The translations under genes were made by a program, and so were the position numbers. From Raillietiella orientalis (Eukaryota): a stretch of 64,000 nt of DNA. The stretch spans positions 248,001 through 312,000 of the forward strand of contig JAYWIR010000046.1 of the NCBI GenBank assembly GCA_036172245.1, read 5' to 3'. Below are positions 36,858 through 50,357 of the stretch, one piece after another; the first letter of the stretch is position 1, and each line of letters opens with the position of its first letter. Under the pieces are notes generated by a model that saw nothing but the letters and a program-made list of their open reading frames with translations, was not told the DNA's origin and ran no database searches.

Positions 36858-39800
36858 ATGTCCTCGTCGCTAGCGAACGCCAGGAGGCTAAACATCGCCT
36901 CCTGGAACATCAACGGATTGACAGACCAAGGCAAAAGGAAGACAATCTTCCGGACCATCGCAAGACAAGACGTAGTGTGCCTACAGGAAACCCACCGTCT
37001 CAGGCAGCAAAACACCCAGGAGATGGAACGCCGGTTCAACGGACAACTGTTTGTCAGCGAGGGACAAAGGAAGACCATGGGTGTGGCGATCCTCATCAAG
37101 AACGAGCTCGTCCACACCCTTCTGGAAACCTTCTGTCCACTCGCTGGAAGGATAATCGGCGTGCGACTGTCCTGGTCCGACAACGTTCACCTGTTTCTGG
37201 TGAACGTGTACGGACCGCATAAAAACAAGCATTGGTGCGCGGAGGCTCTCCACGAGGCACTCCGCCAACGTGTAGCACCGAAGGACATAGTCATCGTCGC
37301 GGGTGACCTGAACATTCAAGAACACATCAAGTACCGTCAAGATATCAGAGGAAGAGAGGCGTATCGACGGTTGTCCGACGACTTCGGAGTGGTGTGGCGA
37401 ACAGCCAGCCACAAACCGATCGATCACGTCCTCCATAGCGTGGAGATCGACAACCGAATCCTGGGTTTTCGCGACATTCCTCATCTGTTGTCCGATCACC
37501 CTTTGGTTCGTTCTCCCTCCGCACCGAAAATCCTCGACGGCGAAAGGCCACTATGGCGGCGCTCATCTGCATGCCCGCCTGGTTTGAGACGCTTCCCTGT
37601 CACCAGGAGGTGATCGAGGCGATTCTGCGGGACACCACCATCCGCAGAGTCGCCGACTGGGACAGCTTGAAGCATCGGATCCACTTGTTCTGCAACATGC
37701 AGTACTTTTGCAAGCGACTGAGGCAAGAAGCGTACCAAGAGCTCAACATCCAAGACCGCTCCCTCTCCAAGTACTACGATCAGTACGAGAGTCGGTACGT
37801 CTTCAATAATGTGAAAGGGGAGGTCGGCGTGCTGGAAAAGAAGAATCTGGCGACAGACATCTTCTGCATCCAGTACGGCGGCCAGAAGCGGCACACGTCG
37901 GAAGACATCGTGGGAGCATTCCATCAGCACTACGAAGAACGCTTCCGGCGGCAACACACGTGCAAGTCTAGGCAGAGAACTTTCCTGAGCTACCTCGAGA
38001 AGAGGACAAGCGATCTCCATAGAGACAAACTGGAGGAGAATTTCTCCGAAGATGAGGTGAAAACGGCTTTTGGGCAACTGCGGAAGGACGTGGCAGCGGG
38101 CCCTGATAGTGTACCCATCACGCACTATCAGCGGTACCTGCACGCCTACCTGCGCTTGTTCCATCAGCTCACCCTCTGCATCCGTGAAGAAGGAAGACTA
38201 CCTGAGTCCTTCTACGAGAGTAGGATGAGATTGTTGCCGAAAGGAGGGGACCTCACGCAGGTCGCTCAATGGAGGCCAATCTCCGTCCTGAACTCCGATG
38301 CCAAGTGGTTGGCGAAGATCTGGTCCAACCGCTTAGGCAAGGTCATGCCGAAGCTCATCTCTCCGGTCCAAACATGTGCGGTGCCCGGACGCCACATGTT
38401 GGACAATGTCAAGTGTGCCCAGGCCACCGTGGGACTCAGCCGGTACGTCGGCGAGGACCTGGTGCTGGTGTTTACTGACATGGAGAAGGCTTTCGACTCC
38501 ATCGACCATGGGATGCTGCTGAAGATTCTGGACAAGCTGGGCCTTCCAGAATACTTCAGCACCTTCGTGAGATTGGTACTCGAGAACCAGTACTGCCGAA
38601 TCAAGATCAACGGCGAAGATACGACAGCAATCAGGATGGAAAGAGGAGTCCGCCAGGGCGACTCGTTAAGTCCTATGCTGTTCGTTATTTACATGGAGGC
38701 GCTGTCCTCGTACATCGAGAAGAGTGGACACCTCCAAGGCATCCAGATCGACGACCAGCGGCTCACCCACCTGGCGTACGCTGATGACCTTCTCTTCTTC
38801 ATCAAAGGAGAACGAAATCAGCGTGTGTTCCTGGAAGTGGTGACGCTAATGGAAGAAGGATTAGGATTGAAGATCAACGCAAGGAAAAGTCAACTTTTGC
38901 CCGTCGGTATCCTGGACCTCTCCGTCCTCACGGGGAGAGGATTCCGAACGGTGGACACAGCCAAATACCTAGGAGTCTACATTGGCGACGGCCCTGCGTC
39001 GAAGCTTTTGTGGGATGAAACCCTGGGGAAAACGGCGAAAGAGGCAGCGAAGTACACCCGACAGGACCTTGGAATAAAACGCAAGGCCGACCTCTGGAAT
39101 GGAGTCCTTCCTAAGGTGCTCTTCGGGGCGGCCTTTGCGAGAGTGAAAAAGGACACCTCGAGGGAGCTGGAAAAACTGCAAAGGAAGACATTATGGGGCA
39201 AATATCGCCCAAGAGTTCTCTTGAAACCCCTATGTCGCCCCAAAGAAGAAGGTGGAACCGGGATGAAGTCGCATGCACACTCCATGGCAATCATGGACAC
39301 GCGACACATCCTGGATATCGCCGAACAATGGGACGACTGACCGTACGCGGCGCATAGGGCCTATTCGATGTTGCTTAACAACTCGAAAGGTCTGATGACT
39401 GCGCTGCTAGGCCGAGTAGGGAAGTGGATGACCATCGACCCGACCTGGAGAAGGAAACAACTGCTGGTACGAAAGTACAAGATCAAGATCGTGCCAAGAA
39501 GCAGGGAACTTTGGCAACAGGAGTCCATCGTCGTGATCCCTTGGATGCTTCCGGTCCCGGACGATACCCGAGGATGGATCTACCGGCGGCACAGAGTTAC
39601 TCTGCAACAAATCCAGGAATGGAGAAAAGGAGGCCACCTACATCAGGCTCGTATACTTCGGTATATCGAGAAGATGCTAGGTAGGTTCACCCACCGGACC
39701 CGCGAAGTGTGGATAAACCACGATGACTTTGCATGGTCCAGGGTAACCAAGACAAACCTCCGAAGAATGATAAAGGACAAAGATGAAGACACCAGTGCCC

Positions 39801-40372
39801 TCCAGGAAGAGGCCAATTGCTACGGAAGCAACAGGATCAACCTGTTGGCGATCGGCACGACCCTATGGAGGAGTGACCTTCCGCCGGACAGCCAGGACAA
39901 CCTCCTGATGTTCTATCACGGAGGAATCCTGAGCGGGTCCAGACTAAAGTATTTCACAAGGAGAAGAGGAGACGAAGACTGCCCAGCATGTGGAGACACG
40001 GATACCAGACTTCACATCCTGACGTGTCCCACATTGCTCCACGACTGGCTGATCCTTAAACGGATCATTGGACGCACCACCAGTTCCACGACGGAGATCA
40101 TCGCCGGGATGTTTCAGGGGGATGGTAATGTTCCCTGTTACAATCCCATCGTGAGGACGACCATTGCCCTCTTCATCACTGCCATTCTGGTGCGGTGGTG
40201 GAAGATGAGAAAAGCCAGGAGAGCCGCACCTCCGATGGAGATCCTGCAAGGACTCCTGAAGAAGGAAATCGGCATAAGAAATTGTGGAATACGAGCGGCC
40301 TGGACGTACAGATTCATCCTCAAGAGGATTGAAGACGACGCCCGGGACCAAACACCTGTATACCCACCCTAA
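36858..40372 (+). pseudogene. LINE ORF2: APE endonuclease + reverse transcriptase + C-terminal CCHC, disrupted
   Basis: SWNING, CLQETH, NVYGP, GDLN, IDH, SDH (EN); WRPISVLNSDAK, DMEKAFD, GVRQGDSLSP, AYADD, KYLG (RT); CPACGDTDTRLHILTC; frameshift near 37510 and in-frame TGA 39338-39340. Confidence 0.93.
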
Positions 40373-42297
40373 GTGCAGAACTTCAGTGAATCCCAAGGAC
40401 TTCCAGTGAATGCAGAATAAGTGATGTATTGTATGAATGTGACTGTAGTGTGAATGTTTTAAAAAAAAAAGAAAAATAAATTTACCCCACCCCTTGTGGG
40501 ACTTGGGGAAAATCAAAGCAACAAACCCCTCTCCCCATTTCGCACTTTTCGCCCTATCTCTACATGTAACCGTTTTGATGCGATAGCGACATCCGAACCC
40601 CCCGCACCTGTAGCCATAGAAACAGCGCATCCTATCCCTACAATAGCCTGTACGTCAACAGGATCACTACCTCCCATAGTTCCATCAAATTCATCTTCCT
40701 CCGAAGCCTTACAACAGCAAGCACAACCGATACATCCAACTCCCTTATACCCCTTGCACTCAACCAGCGAACCAGCACCCTATGTCTCCGCAGCACAACA
40801 CGTTCTGCCAAACACCCAACATACACTACACACGAGCACACACTCCATCCTTAGTTCTTACACCCCGATCCTCACGACCCTTCTCACACAATCGACGTCT
40901 AATGACACTTGGCAACGTACCCTGGATACCCTCAACGAAATTATGAATACCATAACTTCTACGTTCCACATACGCCCATTTAACCCTTCCACAAGGCCTA
41001 CATCCTATTCCAATGCCTTTCGCCTTACCTCACCGAAACCACTTCAATCTCTGTATCGGCGAAACCGAAAACGAGCCATTCGCACTCTTCTTCATCCGAA
41101 TCCCATTCAATTTAACGGCTGTAAATCCATGGTTCAAACTATTTTTAGTGAAAAGTCCTCAGCAAAGACAGTGAACGCGGACATACTCAAGGAAAGGCCT
41201 TTAATCCTGGCTTCTTCGGAAGTGAATTGTGCAAACATGACCCCTCAAGGCGTTCTGTTCACATTAAGGAACTCCCAACACACTACTCCAGGGAATGACA
41301 GATCCCGTACTCCATACTGCGCAAAGCAGACCGAGACGGATCTTGTCTTGCAGTCCTATACAATTCATGTGCCCGTCACTTGCGTATCCCTAACGATTGG
41401 AAAACATCACGCAGAGTCCTAATCCCTAAATCTGGCGCATCTGATCCGGCAGACGTAACGCAGTTGCGCACCATCGCAATCTCCAATACCATTAGCAAGC
41501 TATTCTGCAACATCCTTGCGAAAAGAATGCGCTCGTGGATCCTCAACAACGGAATCCTTGGACACCATCAAAAGGGATTTCTTATTTATGATGGCGCGTT
41601 GGAGCAAAACTCTGTCCTGACCACTGCACTTGAGCGCTCCCGAGTGCACCACCAACACATCGCCATTGCTTGCATAGACTTAAACCGACGCGTTTACCTG
41701 CATCACTCATCAGCTGATTCTAGACACGCTGACCGTGCTAGGGGCTGGTAGTCAGTTTCACGGAATCATTGCGGAAATGTATTCGGAATCTACGACAATG
41801 ATCGTGGCTTCGGACGAGCCCAATATCGTATCGTTCCGGAGTGCTCCGAGGATGTTCCCTAAGTGGGGTGTTATTTAACATCTCTCTAGAACCTTTTAAC
41901 AGAATTGTGAAACACCAACAGCCCTCTATTATTCCGCTTGCTTATGCAGACGATGTTGCGCTTATTGCTAGCTCGAGAAATGAGCTACAACTGGCCGTTA
42001 CCACACTCGCAGATTCAACCCGAGCTACAAACTCGCAAATAAATCCCAATAAGTGCGGCTCCTATCACTCGCACTTGTGGCGGGGAATCTACGTAAATTC
42101 CCCAATATCTGTGAACGGTGCAATAATTCCCTCCCTTTCCCTACAAGATACTTATAATTATCTAGGGAAACCGATTGGCTTCGATCCACTCATGTACGAC
42201 GGAAACGTAGATACCTTCACTGCCCATTTCAAAATCATTGCTGACTCCTCCTTAGCCCCATGGCAGAAACTGGACGCCATCAAATGCTTTCTCTTGC

Positions 42298-45000
42298 CCA
42301 ATCATCGTGTCGCCGGCTCATCACCGTGCCGATGGACGGTCGTCGTGTCGCTGATGCGTGTTCGGTCAGGTCTCCGCCTCATCTTGTTATCTTTGGCTGA
42401 TCATCCTGTTCGGGGGACTCGATGGGGATAGGGACACAAAAAGACAGTTAGTTGGGGCAGGGAACTTTGGGATAGTTCCGGGAGGCACTGGTTTAACACA
42501 CACCGGAGAAATTCGCAGCGAACGGGGATAAAGGATAAAACAAAAACATACAAACCAACAAAAATAAATGAAATCAATCAATCAATCGAGGGTGGGAGGT
42601 GGCTAAGTTCACCGGGGTCTGCCGTTCTTTACACTCCATCTGCCGCTGGATGCTGACGATCTCCTCTCTTGCTCGCTCTTCCAGGTGCTGCCACCTTGGA
42701 GCTGTCCTCATGTAAGAAGCTGCGTCACAACGGACCACTTTTCGCTTCCCTCTCGTCGCGAAAACGTAGCGGGCTTTGACGATGGCGCGAGTGCAACAGA
42801 TCGTTGCGACTATCACGCCAACCGAAAGTCCGTTTCGCATGAAGTAACGGCGAAGCACGTCGTTGGCAGCGCCTCCCTGTAACGAAACAGCTGGAACCAG
42901 CCTGAGTCACACAGTTAGTTGAGCTCACCGAATTCGAGCAAGAGGTGCGGGAACGACTCGATCGTCCCGTGCCTAGAGCAGTTCGGAGAGACAACTCCCT
43001 CGGAAACGATGTTACGCCGCTGATTACAGTAGAAACCCCAGTGTAACAACAACAGCACATCTTGTTTCCATCTCAAGGAGAATACAGAGCTAGCCAGGCA
43101 GTGGGTGGGACCACTATCTCTTCGAGGGGCACACTTAATACGTCGCTCCATCGAAGGAGTCCCTTCGCCCGATCGGAAGGAGTGGCGGCATGCATCAGCT
43201 CCTTCGTCCGCAGCCGCCAAGGAGCTTGGTCCCCCTACGATGGTGCAGGAGATCTTCCACCCAGCTGGTAGTCTACTGTCATTGTTTGCTCTGAGGTCAC
43301 ATAGAGCTGCGGCGAGGGGTATGGTGGCAAGACGATCCCATTTCTTCTTGTCCTGCATGATGTCTTCCAGAGGATGACTCAGGAAGAATCGCAGGCCTCG
43401 AAGATCTGCCAGGCGCATCCTTTCGGAAGCTGTCCATAACACAACCGACTCCTGCCGCCCTGCATTACTGTTTATAGGGCGACAAATGATCCAACATTGA
43501 GCTTCCAGTAGTGAGGACAGTCGCGGGAAGCCAAATCCTTTCCTGGTGTGCCGAAACTCAGGCAGCAACGAAAGGAGTCCTTCGCTGCCAGTGCAGCGCG
43601 GAAGAATAAGGTGCGCAGGAAGGCACCATGGAGTACATCAGAGTTTGGCACATAGTGCCAGATTTCGAAACTGCAACTGCAATTCGATATTGTTCATCGT
43701 CAGGATGCCTAAAATCGCATCCTGACGTTTCAATGGGGTTCTCGGTTTTTCGCTCACCATCGGATCCTCTGACGTGCCCTCCGCAGACTTGAATGCTGTT
43801 GGGAAACGGTGTGGAACTGCGCGGAATGCACGAGCTGCTCTTGAAACTTCTCTGCCGAAGGGCGTCACCATTCCATTCTGGGAACGTGCGGCTCGACACT
43901 TCCTCTCATCCACTTCCTAACCCTCTAGTTTGAACGAAGCATCCTCCCACATCTGCGTTGTCTTCGTCTGCGAAAGCCGGCGAAAGCTGCAGGCAAAGGG
44001 TGACAAAGCGCGAGTCCGCATCCAAGGAATGCGTCGGTGACCTACTGAAGCGGCAGACGTGCGATTTTCACTTGCCATCTTCGAGCGGATGATGCTTTGG
44101 TTGCTCTGAGGTTTCTTCCCAGCATACAGACCATAGGAGCAGTCTCTCACTTCCAAAAACCCTGAAGATCAAGTATATCTTCGGCTCGGTTCCTTCTGAG
44201 TTCACCCTCTGTGGAGGAGGAGAGACTGTACCATGCGAAGGCGTGGATCGCTGTCCCTACGTAGATCGACTCTATCGCTTCGCTCCCAACAGCAACAGAC
44301 TTGTCATGCTACTCCTTAAGACGGCCTCACCGTTCTACGAGCTCACACTGGGCGTTTTTTCTCTGCCGACGTGGAAGCCGTAGATGCATTCTGAAAACAA
44401 CGCGAGAGTGGAAGATTCTCAGGTAGGGGACCATCCACGAAGACCGGTTCCCTGCAACAGAGGTTCCTACTCTGGTCGTTCGGATATCAGAGCAGCTTCG
44501 CGCAGGCGCTGCGGGGGTTCGCAAACGCTTGGAGGGCAGAAAAATTCCCTTTTAGGATGCTGGTCGTTTTGAAGTCTTTGCGAATCCCTGTGGACGGTGC
44601 AACGCTTATAGACTGTCGGACAGTTAGACGGAGTGCATGTCACGTGCGAGTACTTGAGGGCATTTGCGCATCGCTCCGAAGTGCTTGGCAACCATCTGCA
44701 AGAAAATGGCGGCGACACTCTGACTTGTGGGAAAACGGATCCCATATTTACAACTGCTTGCGGAGACTGATCTTCACATTCCTTCACGGAAGAAATCCAA
44801 TGCGCCAGGGGAACTCCACCGCCGGACCAACCTGTGCGTGAATGCCACGGGGACAACTGCGATCGTAAGTACCTTCATCGTCAAATTGCGAGAATGGCGA
44901 GACGCGCTCGAGCGGTACCATGTCAAGGGCTTGTAGCCGCACTGCTAAAGCGCTGGAGGTTTCCCAACGAGGCTGCATTCCATCTGCGACGGAAAGTTTG
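42298..45000 (-). mobile_element. Decayed family-A-related LINE, direct duplicate of 12486-14500 with further RT remnants
   Basis: Near-identical sequence and ORFs to the 12.5-14.5 kb copy. Confidence 0.8.
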
Positions 45001-45176
45001 CTTCTGAGAACTGAGAAGAAGAACGAAAACAATCGTTTCAGCTTTTTCAAACCTGTCACTTTTTTAAATGAAGCACACAGAGCATGATAATCTTCACACG
45101 TTAGTTCAACCACGCATCTTTCCAGCAAAACTGAGACCCAGTCCGTACCTTTCTAAAGAAATGCACTCTTTCCTGA

Positions 45177-45511
<335 letters not shown>

Positions 45512-45811
45512 ATTAATGATGCTCTTCTGTGGAATCAACACTGGAAACGTATGACCTCGTATGATAATTATGTTTGAAGAAAACGGCATCAGGCAATTTC
45601 ACAAATTGGTTCATACGAAAAAATTACTCCTACTCACAAAATACTATGAATCTACAGATTCATAGATCTATAGGTTTCTAGTCTGTCTCATACCCAAAGG
45701 AAGAGTTTTCCGTTTTGTTCATCTACCTCTGCAGCCTTAAAGAAAGTGGAATGCAGCGGAACAACAAATGCATTCTTCGAAACAGTGGTGCTCTCACATG
45801 TAGCAGCAATG

Positions 45812-47133
45812 CTATGGGCTCTTACCTAGAGCAAACACAGCTTCTTTCTCAAATAACTTCGGCGTAGGAAGGGGCAATTTCAGCAAATATGAAAATTCGG
45901 AAGGATGAATTTCCGTAAGGAAATCTATTGGAAGAAAGACAGAAAGTTGATCACGTAGCCTACGGACTCGGCAGAAGTTCTCAAGTCCGTTCCAAAGCGG
46001 AGAAAAATCGGAAACCATGCCAAAGTAATGAATAAGGTGCCGACGCAAGACCTGGCATGCCTTGGACTCAGTTGTGCGCCCTCCCCACTTAGAGGTCACG
46101 TTGATTCTTTGATCAAAACTGTGAAGCGCAATGCATAATTTCTTGGTCTTCATTAGCCACTTGCAATCAGCTCACGCTCCAAGAATTTCGTCTGGCCTCA
46201 GCAGACACGCAAGAGTGTCTTGCAAATACTTAAAAGGCTCCAAAAGCGGTGATGCCTCCAGCGATGCCCATCAGCGCTTTTGTGCATAGCTTTCTTTCGG
46301 ACATTGATACAAGACAACTGATGAAAAACTGCCTTTTAAAGAAAGTTCTGAGAGCAGGACTTCAGGATTAGGATACATAAAAGCAAACCAAGCTGAAAAT
46401 TGAGAGGTTCTGAACCTACAACTGGGAACTGAGGCGACCGTTATCGCACTCCTATGCACCTATGCTAGGATCCATCGCTTCGCAAATGTTTGACACTCCG
46501 ATCTTTGTAAACGGAACGAAACTCTACATTCCGTGATATGCGATAGGTGACAAGAGTCTCGGTCCATTGCAATTGCATAACTTCCTTTGACGGAGGTACC
46601 CCTTAGCACCAATCCGAAGAATGCTCTTAAGGTCTCCTCGAGTAGATGGACAGCATTCACTATTCTAATTATTACCTCAATATAGGGAAAAAGGTTGGTT
46701 GCATGAGGCGCCGAAGACTTTTCTTTCGCTCTTTCTTCAAAGGTTTGCATTTACATTTGCGAAGGAAAGGGGCAAACTGTTGCCAACCCACGGACACCGT
46801 ACGACTGTGGAATACTTCGAGAAATACTGAAATACTTCGTCCAATTCGAGAGAGAAAATGGACGAAGAAGCAACAGATTTGCATGTCTGCTGCTGCGACG
46901 GTATGTGGCTAGGTCGATTCCTGCAGCCACGGAAATGCTACTTCCGCTTTATCGGAGTCACCTACAATGTTTTTTGCTAAATACAAAGCGAGACACTCTT
47001 TCCGCCAACATGAGGTAGTTGTCAGTTTGTAGGGTTTCTCTTGCTGGAATAACGACCTGGTTTTTGTATTCTGCACCCGTTCCGAGTATCTGGCACCATC
47101 CCTTCTGAGCGCCATATCTGTCGTGAGTAGCAC
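45812..47133 (-). other. Unassigned gene-like segment divergently oriented to BTB copy 3
   Basis: Short ORFs ending in GT donor-like sites; paralogous to 20330-21270. Confidence 0.3.
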
Positions 47134-47713
47134 TTTCGTTTTCTCACCTTTCTTTTCGTCCGTTCTATCGAAATCTCCTTTGTATCAGCACAATCGGGGA
47201 ACGAAAAGATCCCGGAAAGAGACTGCAATGATTTTTTTGTAATGTCGAATATCATTCAACAATTCATCAAAGTCAATTTAGTAAAGAGGGACCTGTGCGA
47301 TGGCCCCCCAAAAACCCTACAAGACTACGTTTGCGTCTGTTGCCTCACGTGCGCTTTTTCCTTCTAAGTTTCTTTGCCAAACAAGCAGTTAGATGAGTTG
47401 CTGTTGAAAATCAAAGACTTTCAGGTATTTTCCTGATCGTTTCCACTTCCACAAATGCCACATAACGTCCACGAGCTGAAGTACAAGGGATGCTTCATGA
47501 CGCTTGCATTTATTGTCTTTTATGCAACTTCCTGAGGGCAATGCCAATCTGAAGAATGTTTAAGCTCGTTTTCTGCTAAAAGTCAATCTTCATTTCCTAG
47601 CCGCGCAAAGATAAAACATTTGTAAGACTTTTTCACGATCTTCGATTTCTTTCATTTCCCAGACCGATGAACTTTTCCTCATGTAGTGTGCGTGCAAGAT
47701 AACCGAAACGAAG

Positions 47714-49103
47714 ATGGACGAGTCACCGAGCACAGAAGGAGAGTGCTCCAAAGAGATACGTGTGACATGCATGAACTTTACCAAGCTTTTGAAGAACTAC
47801 ACAGCTCAGGCGAAAGAGAGGTTTAGGCAGATGCTGGAGGAGCAACTCCTGTGCGATGTTTGCTTTCTCTGTGGCGATGAGAAAGAGAAGATCCATGCTC
47901 ACAGGCTGTTGCTAGCAGCTGGCAGTCCCGTTTTCCATAAGATGTTCTACGGAGAACTCTCATCCAACACCGGTTTCTTCGTGGAGGTTCCAGACATTAG
48001 TTTGGAGGCGATGAAGAATTTGATTCTTTTCCTATATACCGGTGATGGTCCTAGCGAGAAGTGTTTGATCAGTGTCTGCACTACGCTGTACGCTGCCAAC
48101 AAGTATATGATCCCCAATTTGAAAATGTGCTGCTTGGATATCATGAGAAAGCGGAGGAATCCAGACAATTCCTGCGAGCTTTTGAACGTTTCCTACCTTT
48201 ATGGAGAATACGATTTTCTCGAAGAATGCATGGTTTATATCGAGGATATAGCACCTTTGGTATTCGAGTCTGACGATTTCGTCGTACTATCGAAGGATGT
48301 GCTGCTTCAGCTGCTGATTAGGGATACGCTTGCAATGCAAGAAATAGACATCGCCTACGCAGTGTCGAGGTGGCTGAAGGAGCATCCGAATGATCGCCGT
48401 GATGTCCTCCAATTCATCCGTTTCCCTTTGCTGTCTGCCGAAGAACTTGCCAGAATATACGAAAGCTCAGATCTTCTGGAAGATGATGCAGCACTGCAAC
48501 TTCTTATTCACATTACCTTGAGAAGAACAGGATCGTGCCTAGGTTTTCCTGCTGCTGTCAGGTCGCCATGCAAGTGTATTAGAATTTCTGGTTTTTTCCC
48601 TGTTGAACCATGGGAATCAAGATTATTTAGCGGCTTCAGGTGAGTTCAAATATCAAAAAGGTCCTCTCAGAATATCGATGGTGAGAAGTTTCCGACTGAG
48701 AGAGGATTTTTTCTTCCACGGTGTTACTTTCTCCGAGCCTCTTCCCATGGAGAGGCTATTTAGCGTGAAGATTTGCTTGATGGAAGAAGACCATCCGGAG
48801 ACTAAGTTCGTCTCTCATTCGGGAATCTCGAATGCTTCTTCCATAAGAGTGTTAGGACCTAAGTATCCGATAATCAGAAAAATCTTCTACCTCTTGGGAA
48901 TTTTTGTTAAGGTGAGGAGGCTGCCTCGTGCCGACTATTCAATATCTCCACGAAAGGGATTTTCACAATTCAAAGGCTCTTTCATTGGGAACGATGTTCT
49001 GCAGAAACATCATGTGCTGGAGAACATCGAGTTTTATGGCCAGTCAGGAGAAGGATTGGAGATGGCGCTGTGGTTTCAAAAAAAAAGTGGGTTTCCCCGT
49101 TGA
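47714..49103 (+). CDS. BTB/POZ-BACK domain protein (copy 3), two exons, predicted intron 48640-48670, ~452 aa
   Basis: Same BTB and BACK motifs as 21862; removing the 31-nt GT-AG segment joins 47714..48643 to 48603..49103 in frame. Confidence 0.85.
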
Positions 49104-50357
49104 AGGCTCCACACTTAAAAGAGTGCAAGAATTCCCAAGAGAGGTTCCGACGTCGTCTCAACATCGAAACGCAGGCGTTTTTCACTCCACAGTAAGAACC
49201 GATCCGGAGTTGGGGACTCGGCAAATGAACCGGCAAATGCCAGCAACAGGCATACACGGGATGTGCATCAGCAGGAGCATAGCTACCGCGCAAATAAAGC
49301 GTTCTCTGTGCAGACCGTTTCTTTTTTTTGCGCACAACAGGGAAGGAATTCAGTGGCTGGATCGAAGATTCTGACGGTATCTTCCCGGGCACTGAGCCTT
49401 GCGAGTAGACGTCCTGGAGGAAAAGGTGTACTCTGTTTTCCTAAGTAACGCTCTAATTTCCAAAGATGGTTGGCTTCTGTTTTGCTGATTGCTCTTCTCT
49501 CTATCAGATGTCTCTAAAAGCGCCTCTGTTAAAATGCTACTCCCTAGCTAACATCGTCATTAGCATAAAATCAGATCCTCTACGAATTTCAGCCGTATTT
49601 GGTCCTATAGATGGCGTAGCTCTTCATCTTATACTGAAACTCTTGTTGAAAATGCTCCATTTCTCTTTACAGTCTGATTTCAGATCTTGATTTCAGACTT
49701 TGATTTTCCTATCTGCTAGGGGAGGATTTTCAGAACCTGTTCATATCACAGCTCAGGAGGGTTGGGATAAAATACAAGGAATCTCTGCCTGTAGAACCTT
49801 CAACAGAAAGGAAGGAGATTCGTATGACGAAGCATCCCACCTTCTGACTTCAAATTGATTTGAAGAGCTTTAAATTATTCTCAGTTCATCCCCTGTGATC
49901 TATAAAGCTGGCAGTTATCACTTCCAACAAAAAACAAACACTATGAGAGACGATGACAAGGAAGGCATAAAAAATGATGGATTTTTCTACCCCAAGCACT
50001 TCATTGCAATTCCTTCTTGTCCTTTTTATATCCACCATCCACTTGACACTCCTTAATGCACACGGAATTTTCAGGCGTCTTTTTTAGCGCACACGACGAA
50101 AAGATGAGATTTTTTGGAGTTTCCGAATCACGGCTTATAATTGCGAGGCGAGAAAAGTGTACAAATCATTCACTAGGAGATACGGGGAGGTACAGATTGA
50201 TGATTTATTGCACACTGCGTTGGAGGCGCGAAGAATTTTCCTCCCGATTCAGTAACCGGGCGTGCAAAGAGGAGGCTTTCCAAGTATCACTTTAAGGACG
50301 ACAGCTCTTGGTCATGCCTTACGGCAGTTGACCGCTATCGGTGTAGTAACAAATGTT

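Larger units (their letters stand above)
34876..40508 (+). mobile_element. Near-complete family-B L1/Tx1-like retrotransposon with U4 at its 5' end
   Basis: 19-bp TSD AAAATCAAAGCAACAAACC at 34857-34875 and 40509-40527; ORF1 + ORF2; AATAAA at 40475 followed by a terminal hairpin. Confidence 0.93.
34500..42300 (+). mobile_element. Decayed NeSL/Utopia-like (RLE-clade) non-LTR element, host of the U4-LINE insertion, 3' part missing
   Basis: Zinc-finger remnants (CPVEGC, CNEC); the frame continues across the TSD (LKNQSNKP|LSPF); QSLYRRNRKRAIR, WKTSRRVLIPK, QKGF, GCSLSGVLFN, LAYADD, YLG and SSLAPWQKLDA motifs. Confidence 0.8.

Noticed and set aside
39338..39340. In-frame TGA in ORF2 (and TAG in ORF1) as programmed readthrough or an alternative genetic code
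   Set aside because: The same element also has frameshifts, and TGA is used as a normal stop in the cyclase gene; these look like ordinary disabling mutations.
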